Shown one piece after another: positions 9,881 to 21,097 of a stretch of DNA of 64,000 nucleotides. Below the pieces are notes generated by a model. The model was not told where the DNA came from. It saw only the letters and a program-made list of their open reading frames with translations, and searched no databases. The stretch comes from Candidatus Babeliales bacterium (GTDB taxonomy: Bacteria; Babelota; Babeliae; Babelales; JANWKD01). Each line of letters opens with the position of its first letter. The first letter of the stretch is position 1. The stretch covers positions 128,001 to 192,000 of the forward strand of contig CAVRJO010000002.1 in the NCBI GenBank assembly GCA_963722255.1, given 5' to 3'. Both the position numbers and the translations under genes were made by a program.

Positions 9881-10756
9881 CTAATAAACAAATTGAAAGA
9901 ATCTACTCCAACGAACACGCTTCCAGAAATCAATTGGATGCTTCAAAAGGTCAAAAATAAACCATGATTCATTGCTATCAATTGACCATAGACGTATAAG
10001 AATTTTTCCATGAATCAATTTTGTAGCAAGCGGGCCCCAATAACGTGAATCAAGGCTGCCTTTTCTATTATCTCCCATTGCCCATACTTGATCAGGACCA
10101 AGATGAACATCATACTCATCAATATTGTGATTATCATCAATAGTCGGCGTATACGGCATTCGCTTCCATTCTATTCCATAACGTTCCATTATTTTTTTAG
10201 CTAATTCAACATCAGCTGCAGTCATTTGATAATAAGGTTGATCTTCAAATGATTTCGATTCATCATAAGAACGTGTATACCACGGTGGCATTTTTCCTTC
10301 AGCATAAACTCCAATAAGAGGATTTTTATTTACATACGGCTCATCAAGCTTTTGACCGTTTCTATAGACTACGGGTTTACCATCTTCAATCTTGCCTTGA
10401 ATATGATCGCCAGGAAGTCCAATAAGACGTTTCGTCCAATTTGAAGGCCCCCAAACATACTGTTGGAAAAGTTCCATAAAATAGTTGTTTGAATAAGCAT
10501 ATGTCGGATCATTGAAGGTAATAATATCTCCATGCTTCAATGGCGTGAAAAGAACTGTAAACTTATCGGCAAAAAAACGCTCACCAACTAGCATTGTTGT
10601 TTCCATTGAGCCAGTCGGTACTTGATATAATCCATAAAAATAGGTTCTTATAACAAATGCCAAAGGAACAACCACAACAAAAGTTTCTATATATTGCGCT
10701 ATCGTTGACTTATTCGGTCTTCTTACCCATGTCCAAAATCTATGCAGTGCATTCAT
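9881..10756 (-). CDS. lepB: Signal peptidase I
   Basis: VPTGSMETT, KRLIGLPGD, MGDNRKGSLDSRYWG. Confidence 0.93.
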   Translation of the reverse strand: MNALHRFWTWVRRPNKSTIAQYIETFVVVVPLAFVIRTYFYGLYQVPTGSMETTMLVGERFFADKFTVLFTPLKHGDIITFNDPTYAYSNNYFMELFQQYVWGPSNWTKRLIGLPGDHIQGKIEDGKPVVYRNGQKLDEPYVNKNPLIGVYAEGKMPPWYTRSYDESKSFEDQPYYQMTAADVELAKKIMERYGIEWKRMPYTPTIDDNHNIDEYDVHLGPDQVWAMGDNRKGSLDSRYWGPLATKLIHGKILIRLWSIDSNESWFIFDLLKHPIDFWKRVRWSRFFQFVY

Positions 10757-10791
10757 ACATGTTCTTTCGATTATAAAAAATAAATAAATAA

Positions 10792-11679
10792 TTATCTTAA
10801 AATATACAGAGGATTTATTCTCTTGCCAAATAAATCTATCACTTCAAAATGCAAATGCGATGCATCATGCTTTCCACGAACCAATCCCGTTGCACCAACA
10901 CATCCAATTTGTTTTGATACGGTAACTTTTTGACCAACTTTTACCAATATTTCATCAAGATGTGCATAGCGTGTTTTACAATTTTTATGACTTACTACAA
11001 TCGATTTGCCATATCCCTTTGGTGTGTAAGAAACTTCAACCACTGTTCCATCAGCTGCTGGATATATGGGTGTTCCTTTTAAAGCTGCCATATCAATTCC
11101 ATAGTGAAATCTTTTTTTTCGCGGGCCAAAATGTGAACTAATCCAAAACTGTTTTTTATTAATGGGCCATGCCAAAGAAAAATCATACAGATACTTAGGA
11201 ATGAAGGTGTTTCTTTTGGTAAGGCGAGTGCTGCCTCTTTGATTCAGTTGTGGCTTGGGTTTAAGGCAATTGCGAATAACGGAAGAATAGTTTGTATCCC
11301 ATCTACCTCCTTCGTACAAAGGCTTAACAACTTTTTCAAGATTATGTGCTTTTCCAAATCCGAGTGCGGCATTGCGTAAATAAAGCACTTCGCGATTTAC
11401 AGGATTCAATCTAGCTTCTGAACTATCATCAATCCATGTATCATCAAAAGAGTCTTCTTCTGAATCAGTATCATGCAAGAGTGATCTCTTTAAAAAATTG
11501 ATCTGTTTTAATGAATAAAGATAGTCTTGATAATCTTTCTGCAACTCCAACATACGCAAAGCTTGCTGTTTAAAAAATCGGTATTCAACAAATAATGCAA
11601 CAGTTATAAGTGACATAATAAAAAATAATAGCCCACATAAAACAACAATGAGCGAACAGGCGGATTCTTTAATTTTCAT
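10792..11679 (-). CDS. M23-family metallopeptidase with N-terminal TM
   Basis: HYGID, TRYAHL, HLHFEV. Confidence 0.9.
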   Translation of the reverse strand: MKIKESACSLIVVLCGLLFFIMSLITVALFVEYRFFKQQALRMLELQKDYQDYLYSLKQINFLKRSLLHDTDSEEDSFDDTWIDDSSEARLNPVNREVLYLRNAALGFGKAHNLEKVVKPLYEGGRWDTNYSSVIRNCLKPKPQLNQRGSTRLTKRNTFIPKYLYDFSLAWPINKKQFWISSHFGPRKKRFHYGIDMAALKGTPIYPAADGTVVEVSYTPKGYGKSIVVSHKNCKTRYAHLDEILVKVGQKVTVSKQIGCVGATGLVRGKHDASHLHFEVIDLFGKRINPLYILR

Positions 11680-11692
11680 TTCATATGCATAG

Positions 11693-12412
11693 TTAAATTA
11701 TAATAATGTTATCCTCTAAAATCCACCCAGTGGCTTCATTTGTTGCTACTTTTACCCATTTACCTTGCTTCTCATACACTCTTATTTCTTCACCTTTTAT
11801 AAGTGTTGCCAATTTTGAAAAACGCTCATCAGTACCAGCAACAAGAGATGTTTCTTGAGCTACAATAGCATTTTTTTTCGAAAGACCCCAATGCTTAATT
11901 CCTAAACTGCTTGTTGCAATGCACAGCAGAATAAGGAATGTCCCCACCACGAATTTATATTTTTTTGTATCAAAAAATAGTATCACTATACACACTGTTA
12001 TAAGTATCACAAGAACAAGCAATTGCCAGCAGAATAGTGAATAGTTCATAATACCACGAAATAAAGGTTCATACCAACCATTACATTCACGAATTCCCAA
12101 AATCTCTTGAACATGTTTAGAATTAGATTCCACATCAGCATACCAAGCAGAGCGACCGTTTGCTAACGAACGCTTCCAACATACAAGAGCCTCAGGATAT
12201 CGTTCTAAATGATAATAACAGTTACCAAGATTATACCACACTGCTGCACCCTTATTATCAATTGATTCATAAAGCCTCTGTGCTGCATCATAATCACCGT
12301 GAGCATACAGACTATTAGCATGCAAAAATTTTTCTTGTGTTGTAGCTAAAGAAAGATGGCCTATTCCAAAAAAGCTGAAAATAAAAAAGGAAAAAAGATG
12401 CCATTTCTTCAT
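11693..12412 (-). CDS. batE: BatE-like TPR/TM/SH3b protein
   Basis: TPR YNLGNCYY, two TMs, C-terminal SH3b-like W..V...GWI; last gene of the bat cluster. Confidence 0.75.
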   Translation of the reverse strand: MKKWHLFSFFIFSFFGIGHLSLATTQEKFLHANSLYAHGDYDAAQRLYESIDNKGAAVWYNLGNCYYHLERYPEALVCWKRSLANGRSAWYADVESNSKHVQEILGIRECNGWYEPLFRGIMNYSLFCWQLLVLVILITVCIVILFFDTKKYKFVVGTFLILLCIATSSLGIKHWGLSKKNAIVAQETSLVAGTDERFSKLATLIKGEEIRVYEKQGKWVKVATNEATGWILEDNIIII

Positions 12413-14127
12413 AATTTTTCCTCCAACTGGTTAATCCACATTAATGCGCGCTTGAAAAGATCATCAGGAACTTGCGTAATTGCTTGTCTTGAATATGCTA
12501 ATTCAGCTAACTGTAAAAAAAATCTATTCCATTGTTCAAGCGATTCTCGCACAAATCCTGCATCTTTAAGCCTCTCTTCAATGGTCTGTGCGGTAACTTG
12601 CGCCGGCAATAACTGACAACGATCTCTAAATAATTGACTAAAAACATCATAAAGCTGAACATAATTATTATGCTTTTTTAATTGAGCTAATTTTCTTCGT
12701 GTAAATTTAAAAGCATTTTTTCGTTTTTGAGCTAACCAATAATCTGAGCCAAGGCTTTGTAAATAGTTTTTAATACCAACAAAAAGTGTACCTCCTATGA
12801 TTATAAGCAGATAGAAAAAAAACCATCCTAATGGGATAGACCGTTCAGACGTATAAGTCCATGGGCCATCTGTTTTGAGAGGACCTATTTTTTCATTATC
12901 AAATAGTTCAATCGATGGATCATTTTCATTCTGCTGATCATATATTTTATTATTCTCTTTACCACCATTAATTTCCAAATGCACAGGATTTGTCTTGAGT
13001 TGTTTATAAGTTCGCACATAGGGGTCAAAAAAATTATAAACTTGTGAACTAATTTCAAAATTACTATCTTGGGTAGCTTGTATAATATACTCACAAGATT
13101 TTTTATATAAGCCATTTGATAATTTTTCTACTGATGCTTTTGAATCATAATATTTTAATCCAGCGGGAAGGCTCAATGGTGGTGGTAGAACATCGTCTAG
13201 ACCCTCTTTACCAATAATATCTAAAATAGCTACTATGCCTTCTCCCCTCATAGCGCTTTTTTGTTTACAGCGCAATGAAATCGAATCAAATAATCCAACG
13301 CCTAATAAATGATCCTTTGTTGGTGATAGCGGCAACGCAGCAACCTCTATTTCCATAGGATCATTAGTATAAAACCATGTATCTTGCGATCCATGCATTG
13401 AAAAACCAAATCCCCAGAGTCGCTGTTGTTTTTGGCTTTGCACCCTACATAACACGCCAATTTTTGGTATTATAAGTTTTCCGGTTTTTTTTACAAGTAA
13501 CGTGACGGGAATTTCATAACACGCATAATTTTTCCCATCAATTATTTGTGTTGTTTGTGTATGATTTGGTAACTGAACAAATTCTCCAACTTCAGGATCC
13601 AATGGTGGGATCTTAACATCAAGAAGTTGAGAATTTATGCAACTATTTATACGCAAGACGCCAGTGATACGTTGGCCAACCACTATTGATTTTTTAGCAA
13701 CTATAAGTTCTACAATAATATCCGATTGTTCTTGCTGTTCAACTTTAATCGTCAAAGCATTTGAAGTAAGCGTTACACCATTTTTGGTTACCAATTGTAC
13801 AGGTCCTAAAGAAAATGTACCGAGCTTATCAGCACGTATAACATAGGAATGAACCGTTGTAATATGTGACATTAGATTTAAATGGCTTGCGCCACAAAAT
13901 TCGCTATGGAAATTTTCTAATCCGGGAATAGTGCACTTGTAAAGATCTTGAGCGCCTTCCGCTTTAATTTCCAAGGTATAAGGATGACCCAAAGATAATG
14001 TTGTAACAGCAGTATCATTAGTTCGATTTACAACACGTAGCTCTAATCGTGGTGCAGCATCAAGCAAACCGAAAAATCCAAAAACTATACCAATGATTTT
14101 ACGATAGTTACCAATTTTTATATCCAT
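12409..14127 (-). CDS. batD: BatD-family protein
   Basis: Signal peptide, repeated beta-sandwich segments, C-terminal TM; position in the batABCDE order. Confidence 0.75.
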   Translation of the reverse strand: MDIKIGNYRKIIGIVFGFFGLLDAAPRLELRVVNRTNDTAVTTLSLGHPYTLEIKAEGAQDLYKCTIPGLENFHSEFCGASHLNLMSHITTVHSYVIRADKLGTFSLGPVQLVTKNGVTLTSNALTIKVEQQEQSDIIVELIVAKKSIVVGQRITGVLRINSCINSQLLDVKIPPLDPEVGEFVQLPNHTQTTQIIDGKNYACYEIPVTLLVKKTGKLIIPKIGVLCRVQSQKQQRLWGFGFSMHGSQDTWFYTNDPMEIEVAALPLSPTKDHLLGVGLFDSISLRCKQKSAMRGEGIVAILDIIGKEGLDDVLPPPLSLPAGLKYYDSKASVEKLSNGLYKKSCEYIIQATQDSNFEISSQVYNFFDPYVRTYKQLKTNPVHLEINGGKENNKIYDQQNENDPSIELFDNEKIGPLKTDGPWTYTSERSIPLGWFFFYLLIIIGGTLFVGIKNYLQSLGSDYWLAQKRKNAFKFTRRKLAQLKKHNNYVQLYDVFSQLFRDRCQLLPAQVTAQTIEERLKDAGFVRESLEQWNRFFLQLAELAYSRQAITQVPDDLFKRALMWINQLEEKL

Positions 14128-15108
14128 TGCGCACCATCTCATTTTTTAACTTGTTTTGTAATAAAAACTTAGTCATGTGAGCATCTTCATTCTCAACTTC
14201 TTGCAATAATAAAGTTTCAGCATCTGCATCTTCTTCATCTGATTTTTTTCCTGTAAATTTTTTCTCTTGAGAAGCTTGTGCAGCTTCTTTTGAAGGCTTC
14301 GATCCACTAGAATTTTGTGTATCTTTTTTGCCCACATCTTTTTGTTGTCGTGGATCTTCTTTTTGTTTATGAGAATCTTCAGACTTTTTTTCATCATTTT
14401 GTTTTTGATCGCCTGGCTGCTGATCTTGCTGAGGATTATCCTTTTTTTGATTATCAGAATCTTTGCCGCCTTTATCATTTTTTTGATCATTTGAACCATT
14501 ATTCTTCGAATCATCCATTGGATCATTAGGATCTTTTTGATCACCACTCTTATCTTTCTGTTGATCAGAATCTTGTTGATCTTTTTGATCTTCTGATTTA
14601 TCATTTTTATCTTTTTTATCTTGTTGATCTTTTTGATCATTTTTCTCGTTTTTATTCTTATCTTGCTCTTGCTGCTTCTTTTGCTCTTCTTCCTGAATTC
14701 TTTTTTTAGTTGTTCAACCATCTTTTTTGCTTGTTCATGGTTAGGATTTTGTTTTAATACCGCTTCAAATTGATCAAGAGCTTTTTGCCATTCCTGCATT
14801 TTAACAAAACTATTTCCAAGATCATACAGCGCTTGCTCTTTTAACAATGGAGGCATCTCATCAACTTCTAATGATTTCTCAAAATATGCTTGCGCTTTTT
14901 CATATTCGCCTTTTTTGTAGGAAATTTTACCTAAATTGTAGAGGGCATCAGCAGCTTGCGGATTATCAGTCACGAGCGTATCAAAATAGTGCTGCGCAGT
15001 TTCAAGATCATTATTTTTATAAGCAGTAACTCCTTTATATGTAGTTATCATTGCATCAACAGAGGTAAACCAAACAATACTAATAATGGTTACTAAAATT
15101 CGTTTCAT
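14108..15108 (-). CDS. batC: BatC-like TPR protein with Q/D/K-rich tail, split by a -1 frameshift at an A7 run (14701-14707)
   Basis: TPRs (ALYNLG, ALYDLGN); adding one A joins them to the low-complexity tail ending in the Bat-typical KNW. Confidence 0.75.
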
Positions 15109-16112
15109 AAAAGCCACTCAATAATAAAACAAAGTAAACTAAGTGCAATACAATAATGATATTGTTCTTGTAATGATTGAACTTTTTTATCATCAAATCG
15201 TTCTTTTTCCATACGTTCAACATAGGAAACAACTTTTTTCAAATCTTGTAAATCACCGGTAGCTCGTACATATAAACCGCCTAATGAAGATGCCAAGCTC
15301 GATAAAATTCCCTCATTCAAACTTGAAATTACAACAGCGCCTTTCTCATCCATTTGATAGCCGGATTTATTTCCTTGCTCATCGATAAGAGGAATTGGCG
15401 CTCCTTCAGGTGTTCCTATACCAATAGTAATAATTCGTAATCCCATTTTTTGAGCTTCTTGTTTAATACCGGATAAATTGCTAGAAAAATCTTCGCCATC
15501 GGTAAATACAACTAATACTTTGTTTTTCTTATGCTCTATTGTTTTAAACATATCTACAACTTTTTGAATAGCCGAATCTAATGCTGTTGTACCCGATGAC
15601 ATCGTTGTATAATCAATTTGATTTAAAAACATCTTGAATGCATCAAAATCTGAAGTTAAAGGACATTGAACAACTGAACTACCTGAAAATAACAATAACC
15701 CAACTCTTTCAGACCCGAGCATTGCAAGCAAATTAGAAATTTTTGATTTAGCAACGGTGAGTCTATTAGGGAAGATATCTTGTGCAAGCATGCTTTTTGA
15801 AATATCTAATGCAATAAAAAGATCCCTTCCCTCTTGTATAATCGGCTCCTCTTTTTTATCCCATTGTGGTTGCAAAAAAGCCAAAAATAAAAAGCTAAAA
15901 CCAAGGGTTAATGCCATTTGTTTAATAAACTGCTTGTGTGGACTATAATTCATCACAAGGAAAGATTGCCATTGTGGTGCTGCTAGCGTTGCAACCACGC
16001 GTTTTTTTGTAAGGTAATACCAGATAATAATGCCAATAACAACCATTAGGACGGGCAAGAAAAGTAGATTATTGGCTGAAGCAAATGTGATCCCAAAAAA
16101 TCTTGTTTTCAT
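15105..16112 (-). CDS. batB: BatB VWA-domain membrane protein
   Basis: MIDAS DISKS, PNRL, CPLTSD, TDGE, IGIGTPEGAPIP. Confidence 0.85.
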   Translation of the reverse strand: MKTRFFGITFASANNLLFLPVLMVVIGIIIWYYLTKKRVVATLAAPQWQSFLVMNYSPHKQFIKQMALTLGFSFLFLAFLQPQWDKKEEPIIQEGRDLFIALDISKSMLAQDIFPNRLTVAKSKISNLLAMLGSERVGLLLFSGSSVVQCPLTSDFDAFKMFLNQIDYTTMSSGTTALDSAIQKVVDMFKTIEHKKNKVLVVFTDGEDFSSNLSGIKQEAQKMGLRIITIGIGTPEGAPIPLIDEQGNKSGYQMDEKGAVVISSLNEGILSSLASSLGGLYVRATGDLQDLKKVVSYVERMEKERFDDKKVQSLQEQYHYCIALSLLCFIIEWLL

Positions 16113-17092
16113 ACAGTAATCCAAATAAAAGATGATGAAACTAATTCTAACAATGCCAATGCTGATGCTATACAAAGAAATGGTTTGAAAACATCATGAA
16201 AATGAGTAAATACTGACGTTTCATATTCAGTCTTTTCAAGCATATCTATTGTTGTATAAATCGCCTTCATATCATGAGGTTTTTTTGCTGCAAAATAACG
16301 GCCGCCAGTATGTTCAGCAACAAATGTCAAATCTTCTTTATTTACACCTTGAATCGGCTGAATACCAAAAGGAGTCTGCACATAACTAATACCATCAGGA
16401 CCAATACCAATAGTATAAATTTTTATACCAAATTTTTGTGCAACTGCAACCACTTGCTCACGTGTTTTAGTATCTTCGTATGCAGCTCCATCTGTTAATA
16501 CAATCATAATTTTAGATGATCCCTTGCAAGCTTTCAATCTATTTGCTGCTAAAAGCATACCGGTATACAATAACGTTCCTCTTCCATCAACAGTTCCTAT
16601 TGCGGTATCTTGTATAATTTCTTTCAAGATTTTTTTATCAAGCGTTAAAGGACAGCGCGAAACAGCATCGCGGCCAAAAATAGTTAATCCAATTGGATCA
16701 TGTTCACGATTTTCTATAAACCGAATTGCCTCTTCCTTTGCAATATCAAGACGAGTTCGTGAATCACGATCATCATCAATAATTTGCATACTATTTGAAA
16801 CATCCAATACTAAAATCATATCAACACCTTCACCATGTATTTTCGATTGGTGATCTATAGTGCGTGGCTTTGCAACCAATAATGCAAGAATAGAAAGAAC
16901 GGCTACTCTTAAAAAGAATATATATTTTGTATGAATGCTTGAAGCATTAAATCCCATTGAATCGATAGTTGTTGCCAATGAATAACGATATCGTATTGGT
17001 TTATACGAGTAAAATCGATATACACTTATTATTGCAATACAAGGGATTAAGAGCCATAAAAGCCACGGATATGCAAAATATATAAAGTCCAT
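16109..17092 (-). CDS. batA: BatA VWA-domain membrane protein
   Basis: FAYPWLL, MIDAS DVSNS, CPLTLD, LTDG, IYTIGIG, TGGRYF. Confidence 0.85.
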   Translation of the reverse strand: MDFIYFAYPWLLWLLIPCIAIISVYRFYSYKPIRYRYSLATTIDSMGFNASSIHTKYIFFLRVAVLSILALLVAKPRTIDHQSKIHGEGVDMILVLDVSNSMQIIDDDRDSRTRLDIAKEEAIRFIENREHDPIGLTIFGRDAVSRCPLTLDKKILKEIIQDTAIGTVDGRGTLLYTGMLLAANRLKACKGSSKIMIVLTDGAAYEDTKTREQVVAVAQKFGIKIYTIGIGPDGISYVQTPFGIQPIQGVNKEDLTFVAEHTGGRYFAAKKPHDMKAIYTTIDMLEKTEYETSVFTHFHDVFKPFLCIASALALLELVSSSFIWITV

Positions 17093-17095
17093 AGA

Positions 17096-17815
17096 TCATT
17101 CCTTATCGTGCTCTAAAAACCAGAATCGAACTCGATCGATAAATTCTTCATCTGTTTCTTTTTGCCCTAGCATACATTGTTTTCCAATAACTACCTTAAT
17201 TGGATGATACCTCACAAAAAAACTTCCCATTGGATATACTTTATAGGCATCCTTAATCATTACTGGAACAACAGGTTTTCCTGTCTTCCTTGCTATAATA
17301 GCAAATCCCCATAAAAAATCATGTACCTTTCCATCAGAATATCTACTACCTTCAGGAAAAATAATAAGGCTTTGTCTATGATCTTTTGCTCTACGAATTC
17401 CTTCAAGCAGCCCTGCCAATGCCTTTCTTGGCGTTGTTCTATCAACTGCAATATTCATTCGCTTTGCCATAAATCCAAACAACGGAATTTTGCATAATTC
17501 TACTTTAAAAAACCAGCAATGCGGCTTATTTTTAAGTAAAACTCCAAGTAGAAGCACATCTAATGCTGATTGGTGATTTGCCACATATAATGCTGAATTT
17601 TTTGGAAGATTTTCTTTTCCCTCAAAAGTTATAGGGATGCATAATCCAGCGAGAGCTATACGATAAAATAGATTCATAAAAAAATAGTATATTTTATTAT
17701 CGTATCGTATACGCGTCGGTAGTAGTGAAAGTATAAAACAAGGAATTAAGCCAACAACAATCGCGATAAGAAAAAAGATATAAAAAATAATGGTTCTAAA
17801 AAAAGTAATTATCAT
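17096..17815 (-). CDS. plsC: 1-acyl-sn-glycerol-3-phosphate acyltransferase
   Basis: NHQSALD and FPEGSR motifs. Confidence 0.92.
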   Translation of the reverse strand: MIITFFRTIIFYIFFLIAIVVGLIPCFILSLLPTRIRYDNKIYYFFMNLFYRIALAGLCIPITFEGKENLPKNSALYVANHQSALDVLLLGVLLKNKPHCWFFKVELCKIPLFGFMAKRMNIAVDRTTPRKALAGLLEGIRRAKDHRQSLIIFPEGSRYSDGKVHDFLWGFAIIARKTGKPVVPVMIKDAYKVYPMGSFFVRYHPIKVVIGKQCMLGQKETDEEFIDRVRFWFLEHDKE

Positions 17816-18651
17816 AGCGCATACCTATCATAATGATCATGCACTTGCTTAGTGTACAAAGTATAAAATAAACAAAAAATGAAAGGAATTATAAGCTTGG
17901 TTGCATTATCAGCAATAATCTCAAGCAGATGATAGGAATCTGCATGCTTTTCAAAATATAACCAACCTAACATACTGACAATTGAGTTTATTATTATAAA
18001 CTCTAGTAAAAAAGCAGCTAATGAAATTATGAACCAAACTATTAAACAAAATGGATACGTATAAAAAACAGCACAACATGCTGACCAGAGTCTTGTTAAA
18101 AAATATCTGATTTTTTTTGAAGAATCTAAGTAAAAAAAAGTATACACTATCAAAAATGGTGAAAAATAGACTGTTGAAAGCCCAGGAAAATTTCTTATAA
18201 AAAGCAGATAATCAACCCCATCAAAAAACCACCCTAAAAATTTATTAATAATCGTACTATTCATACTATAAAAACGTAGTGCCCATACAGCAGCCGTTAC
18301 AAAAACAAACCAGCAGTATGAGTTCCAATAACTTGCATAATACCAACAATCTTTTATATCAAGCGAAGATCGCACCATAAGAAAAAGAATGCACGCTACT
18401 AAACTCCAGAGTAAAAACCATACAACCAGAAGGGCGCCACTAAAAATAGGTAGTAGATGCATTCTGGTTACGACATCAACAACTATACATACGCAAATTA
18501 ACCACCAAAAACCCTTAAATAGCTCTGTGTAGGTTTCTTTAGATGCTTTGAGCGTAACAAGCCAAAAGCGTTTATCCATTAGAAGCTTTAACGATTCTCG
18601 CCAGCTTATGCCCACTTCTTTAAAGAAAGACCCTATTCTTGTAAAAATCAT
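17812..18651 (-). CDS. Hypothetical polytopic membrane protein
   Basis: 279-aa ORF with several hydrophobic helices; stop overlaps the plsC start. Confidence 0.7.
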   Translation of the reverse strand: MIFTRIGSFFKEVGISWRESLKLLMDKRFWLVTLKASKETYTELFKGFWWLICVCIVVDVVTRMHLLPIFSGALLVVWFLLWSLVACILFLMVRSSLDIKDCWYYASYWNSYCWFVFVTAAVWALRFYSMNSTIINKFLGWFFDGVDYLLFIRNFPGLSTVYFSPFLIVYTFFYLDSSKKIRYFLTRLWSACCAVFYTYPFCLIVWFIISLAAFLLEFIIINSIVSMLGWLYFEKHADSYHLLEIIADNATKLIIPFIFCLFYTLYTKQVHDHYDRYAL

Positions 18652-18720
18652 AGAAAATCCTAACTTGTATTAATAAAATGGCTTAAAATAGTAAAACTCT
18701 AGGCCAATTTATAAAAATAT

Positions 18721-18750
18721 TTGACATTTTGAAAATATTTATTTTATTAT
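18721..18750 (+). promoter_or_regulatory. Candidate sigma70 promoter of topA
   Basis: TTGACA-18 nt-TATTAT upstream of topA. Confidence 0.5.
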
Positions 18751-18847
18751 TAAGTACAAATGAGAGTACTTTGGTACTATACCATTGCATATTACCGTAA
18801 AACCATTATTATTTATAGAAATTTCTTGTATATAGTAAAGATATCAT

Positions 18848-21097
18848 ATGAAAAAATTATTAATTGTAGAATCGCCAGCAAAAATTAAGACAATCTCTAA
18901 GTTCTTAGGGAAAGATTTCAAAATTATGTCCACTATAGGCCATATAAAGGATCTTCCTACAAAAGAGCTTGGCATTGCCATGAAAAAAAATGAAATTGTT
19001 ATTGATTATGTTGTTTTAGATACAAAACAAAAGGTAATTAATGATATAAATAAAGCAGCTCAAAGCGCCGATGAGATTTATCTAGCTCCTGACCCTGATC
19101 GTGAAGGAGAAATCATTGCTTGGCATGTTGCTGAAGAAGTTAAAAAGAATCTTAAAAAAGGTGCAAAAATACATAGAATCACTTTCAATGAGATCACAAA
19201 GCCTGCAATTATAGAAGCATTAGCACATCCTTCAACGATTGATATGCAAAAAGTTGCTGCTCAACAAGCACGCAGAGTTCTAGATCGATGGGTTGGCTAT
19301 GAAGTATCACCCATTTTATGGAGAAAAATAAGCAAAGGACTTTCTGCAGGACGTGTACAATCGGTTGCTCTTAAATTAATTTGCGATCGAGAAGAAGCGA
19401 TTCGAGCTTTTAAGCCTGAAGAATATTGGTCAATCACTGGAAATTTTGTTGCAGATGATTCAAAAATAACTGCCCCATTAACTCATATTAATAAGAAGAA
19501 AGCAGTTATTGCCAATGAGCAAGAAGCAAAAAAAATTTTAGAACAACTTAAAAAAAATTCATATAATATTGAATCTATTGAAGATAAACAACGGATAAAA
19601 AATCCTAATGCGCCCTTCATGACCAGTAGTTTGCAACAAACTGCTTACAATAGGCTTGGTTTTCAAGTAAAAAGAACAATGGATGTTGCTCAAAAGCTTT
19701 ATGAAGGTATTCCTTTAGAAGATGAAAGCACACCCGTCGCTCTTATTACGTATATGAGAACAGATTCCTTGCGTATTGCTGACAGCGCTCTCAAAGAATG
19801 TCGCTCATTTATTGAAAATGATTATGGCAAAGAGTATCTCCCTTCAAAAGCTTATGTATATACTAAAGGGAAAGCGCAAGATGCACATGAAGCTATTCGA
19901 CCTATTTCAGTTTCAATTACCCCAGCTTACGCAAAAAAATATTTACCACCTGATGCTGCAAAATTATATGAACTTATTTGGCAACGTTTTGTATCATCTC
20001 AAATGAAACCTGCGCTTTATGCACAACGAACGGTTACCATTCAAGGAGGTATTTATACCTTTAAGGTAACAGGATCAACCTTAATTTTTGATGGTTTTTT
20101 AAAAGTTTATGGTATTGAAGAAGATGAGGATGAAGAAAACAGCGTAATTCCAAAAGAGATTAAAGAAAAAGAAGCATTAGCTCTTTCAAAAACAACTTCT
20201 AAACAACATTTTACTCAACCACCTGCTCGATTTACTGAAGGTTCGCTGGTGAAAGAGTTAGAAAAAGAGGGCATTGGAAGGCCTAGTACCTATGCAACAA
20301 TATTAAATACCATTCGTGCCCGATCCTATACCACTCTTGATACAAAAAAAAGATTTAATCCAACTGAACTTGGAATGACCGTAACCAAAATGCTCAGTGA
20401 TAATCTCCCTAAAATAATGGATTACAAATTTACCGCCGTTATGGAAGAAGATCTTGATAAAATTGCACACGGAGATCTTGATCGCGATGAACTATTACAT
20501 CAATTTTATGAAGCGTTTGAAAAAGATCTCGATACGTTCCGCGGTGAAGCACGAAGACCTGCTGAACCGATTGGTATGAAATGCCCTGAATGCGGAACGG
20601 GAGAACTTGCAATTCGTGTTGGAAAAGCCGGCCATTTTATTGGATGCCTTAACTATCCTGAATGTAAATTCACCAGCAATTTTAAACGTAAAGAAGATGG
20701 TAGCATTGAACTCGTCGCTGCTGAAGGCCCTAAGCTTCTAGAAGAAAAATGTCCCAATTGTGGCAAACAACTACGCAGCGTAATGGGCAAATTTGGTCCC
20801 TTTATTGCATGTTCCGGATATCCTGAATGTAAATATATCCAACAGGTTAAAGCTCATTTTCCTTGTCCACTTGATAAAGGAGAAGTTCTTAAAAAGCAAT
20901 GGAAAGGAAAAACATTCTGGGGTTGTAAAAACTATCCTGAATGCAAATTTGTCATCTTTGGAGATATTGAAGAAGAACAATGTCCTCAGTGTAAAAATCC
21001 ATACCTTCTCAAAAAGTATGAAAAGGATGGATCTATTACACTCAGTTGTCCAACAAAAGATTGTGGATTCAAAAAGAAAGTTCAGCCTCAGGCTTAA
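18848..21097 (+). CDS. topA: DNA topoisomerase I with C-terminal zinc ribbons
   Basis: IVESPAK, DPDREGE, SAGRVQS, ITYMRTDS, GIGRPSTY, several C4 zinc ribbons. Confidence 0.97.
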   Translation: MKKLLIVESPAKIKTISKFLGKDFKIMSTIGHIKDLPTKELGIAMKKNEIVIDYVVLDTKQKVINDINKAAQSADEIYLAPDPDREGEIIAWHVAEEVKKNLKKGAKIHRITFNEITKPAIIEALAHPSTIDMQKVAAQQARRVLDRWVGYEVSPILWRKISKGLSAGRVQSVALKLICDREEAIRAFKPEEYWSITGNFVADDSKITAPLTHINKKKAVIANEQEAKKILEQLKKNSYNIESIEDKQRIKNPNAPFMTSSLQQTAYNRLGFQVKRTMDVAQKLYEGIPLEDESTPVALITYMRTDSLRIADSALKECRSFIENDYGKEYLPSKAYVYTKGKAQDAHEAIRPISVSITPAYAKKYLPPDAAKLYELIWQRFVSSQMKPALYAQRTVTIQGGIYTFKVTGSTLIFDGFLKVYGIEEDEDEENSVIPKEIKEKEALALSKTTSKQHFTQPPARFTEGSLVKELEKEGIGRPSTYATILNTIRARSYTTLDTKKRFNPTELGMTVTKMLSDNLPKIMDYKFTAVMEEDLDKIAHGDLDRDELLHQFYEAFEKDLDTFRGEARRPAEPIGMKCPECGTGELAIRVGKAGHFIGCLNYPECKFTSNFKRKEDGSIELVAAEGPKLLEEKCPNCGKQLRSVMGKFGPFIACSGYPECKYIQQVKAHFPCPLDKGEVLKKQWKGKTFWGCKNYPECKFVIFGDIEEEQCPQCKNPYLLKKYEKDGSITLSCPTKDCGFKKKVQPQA

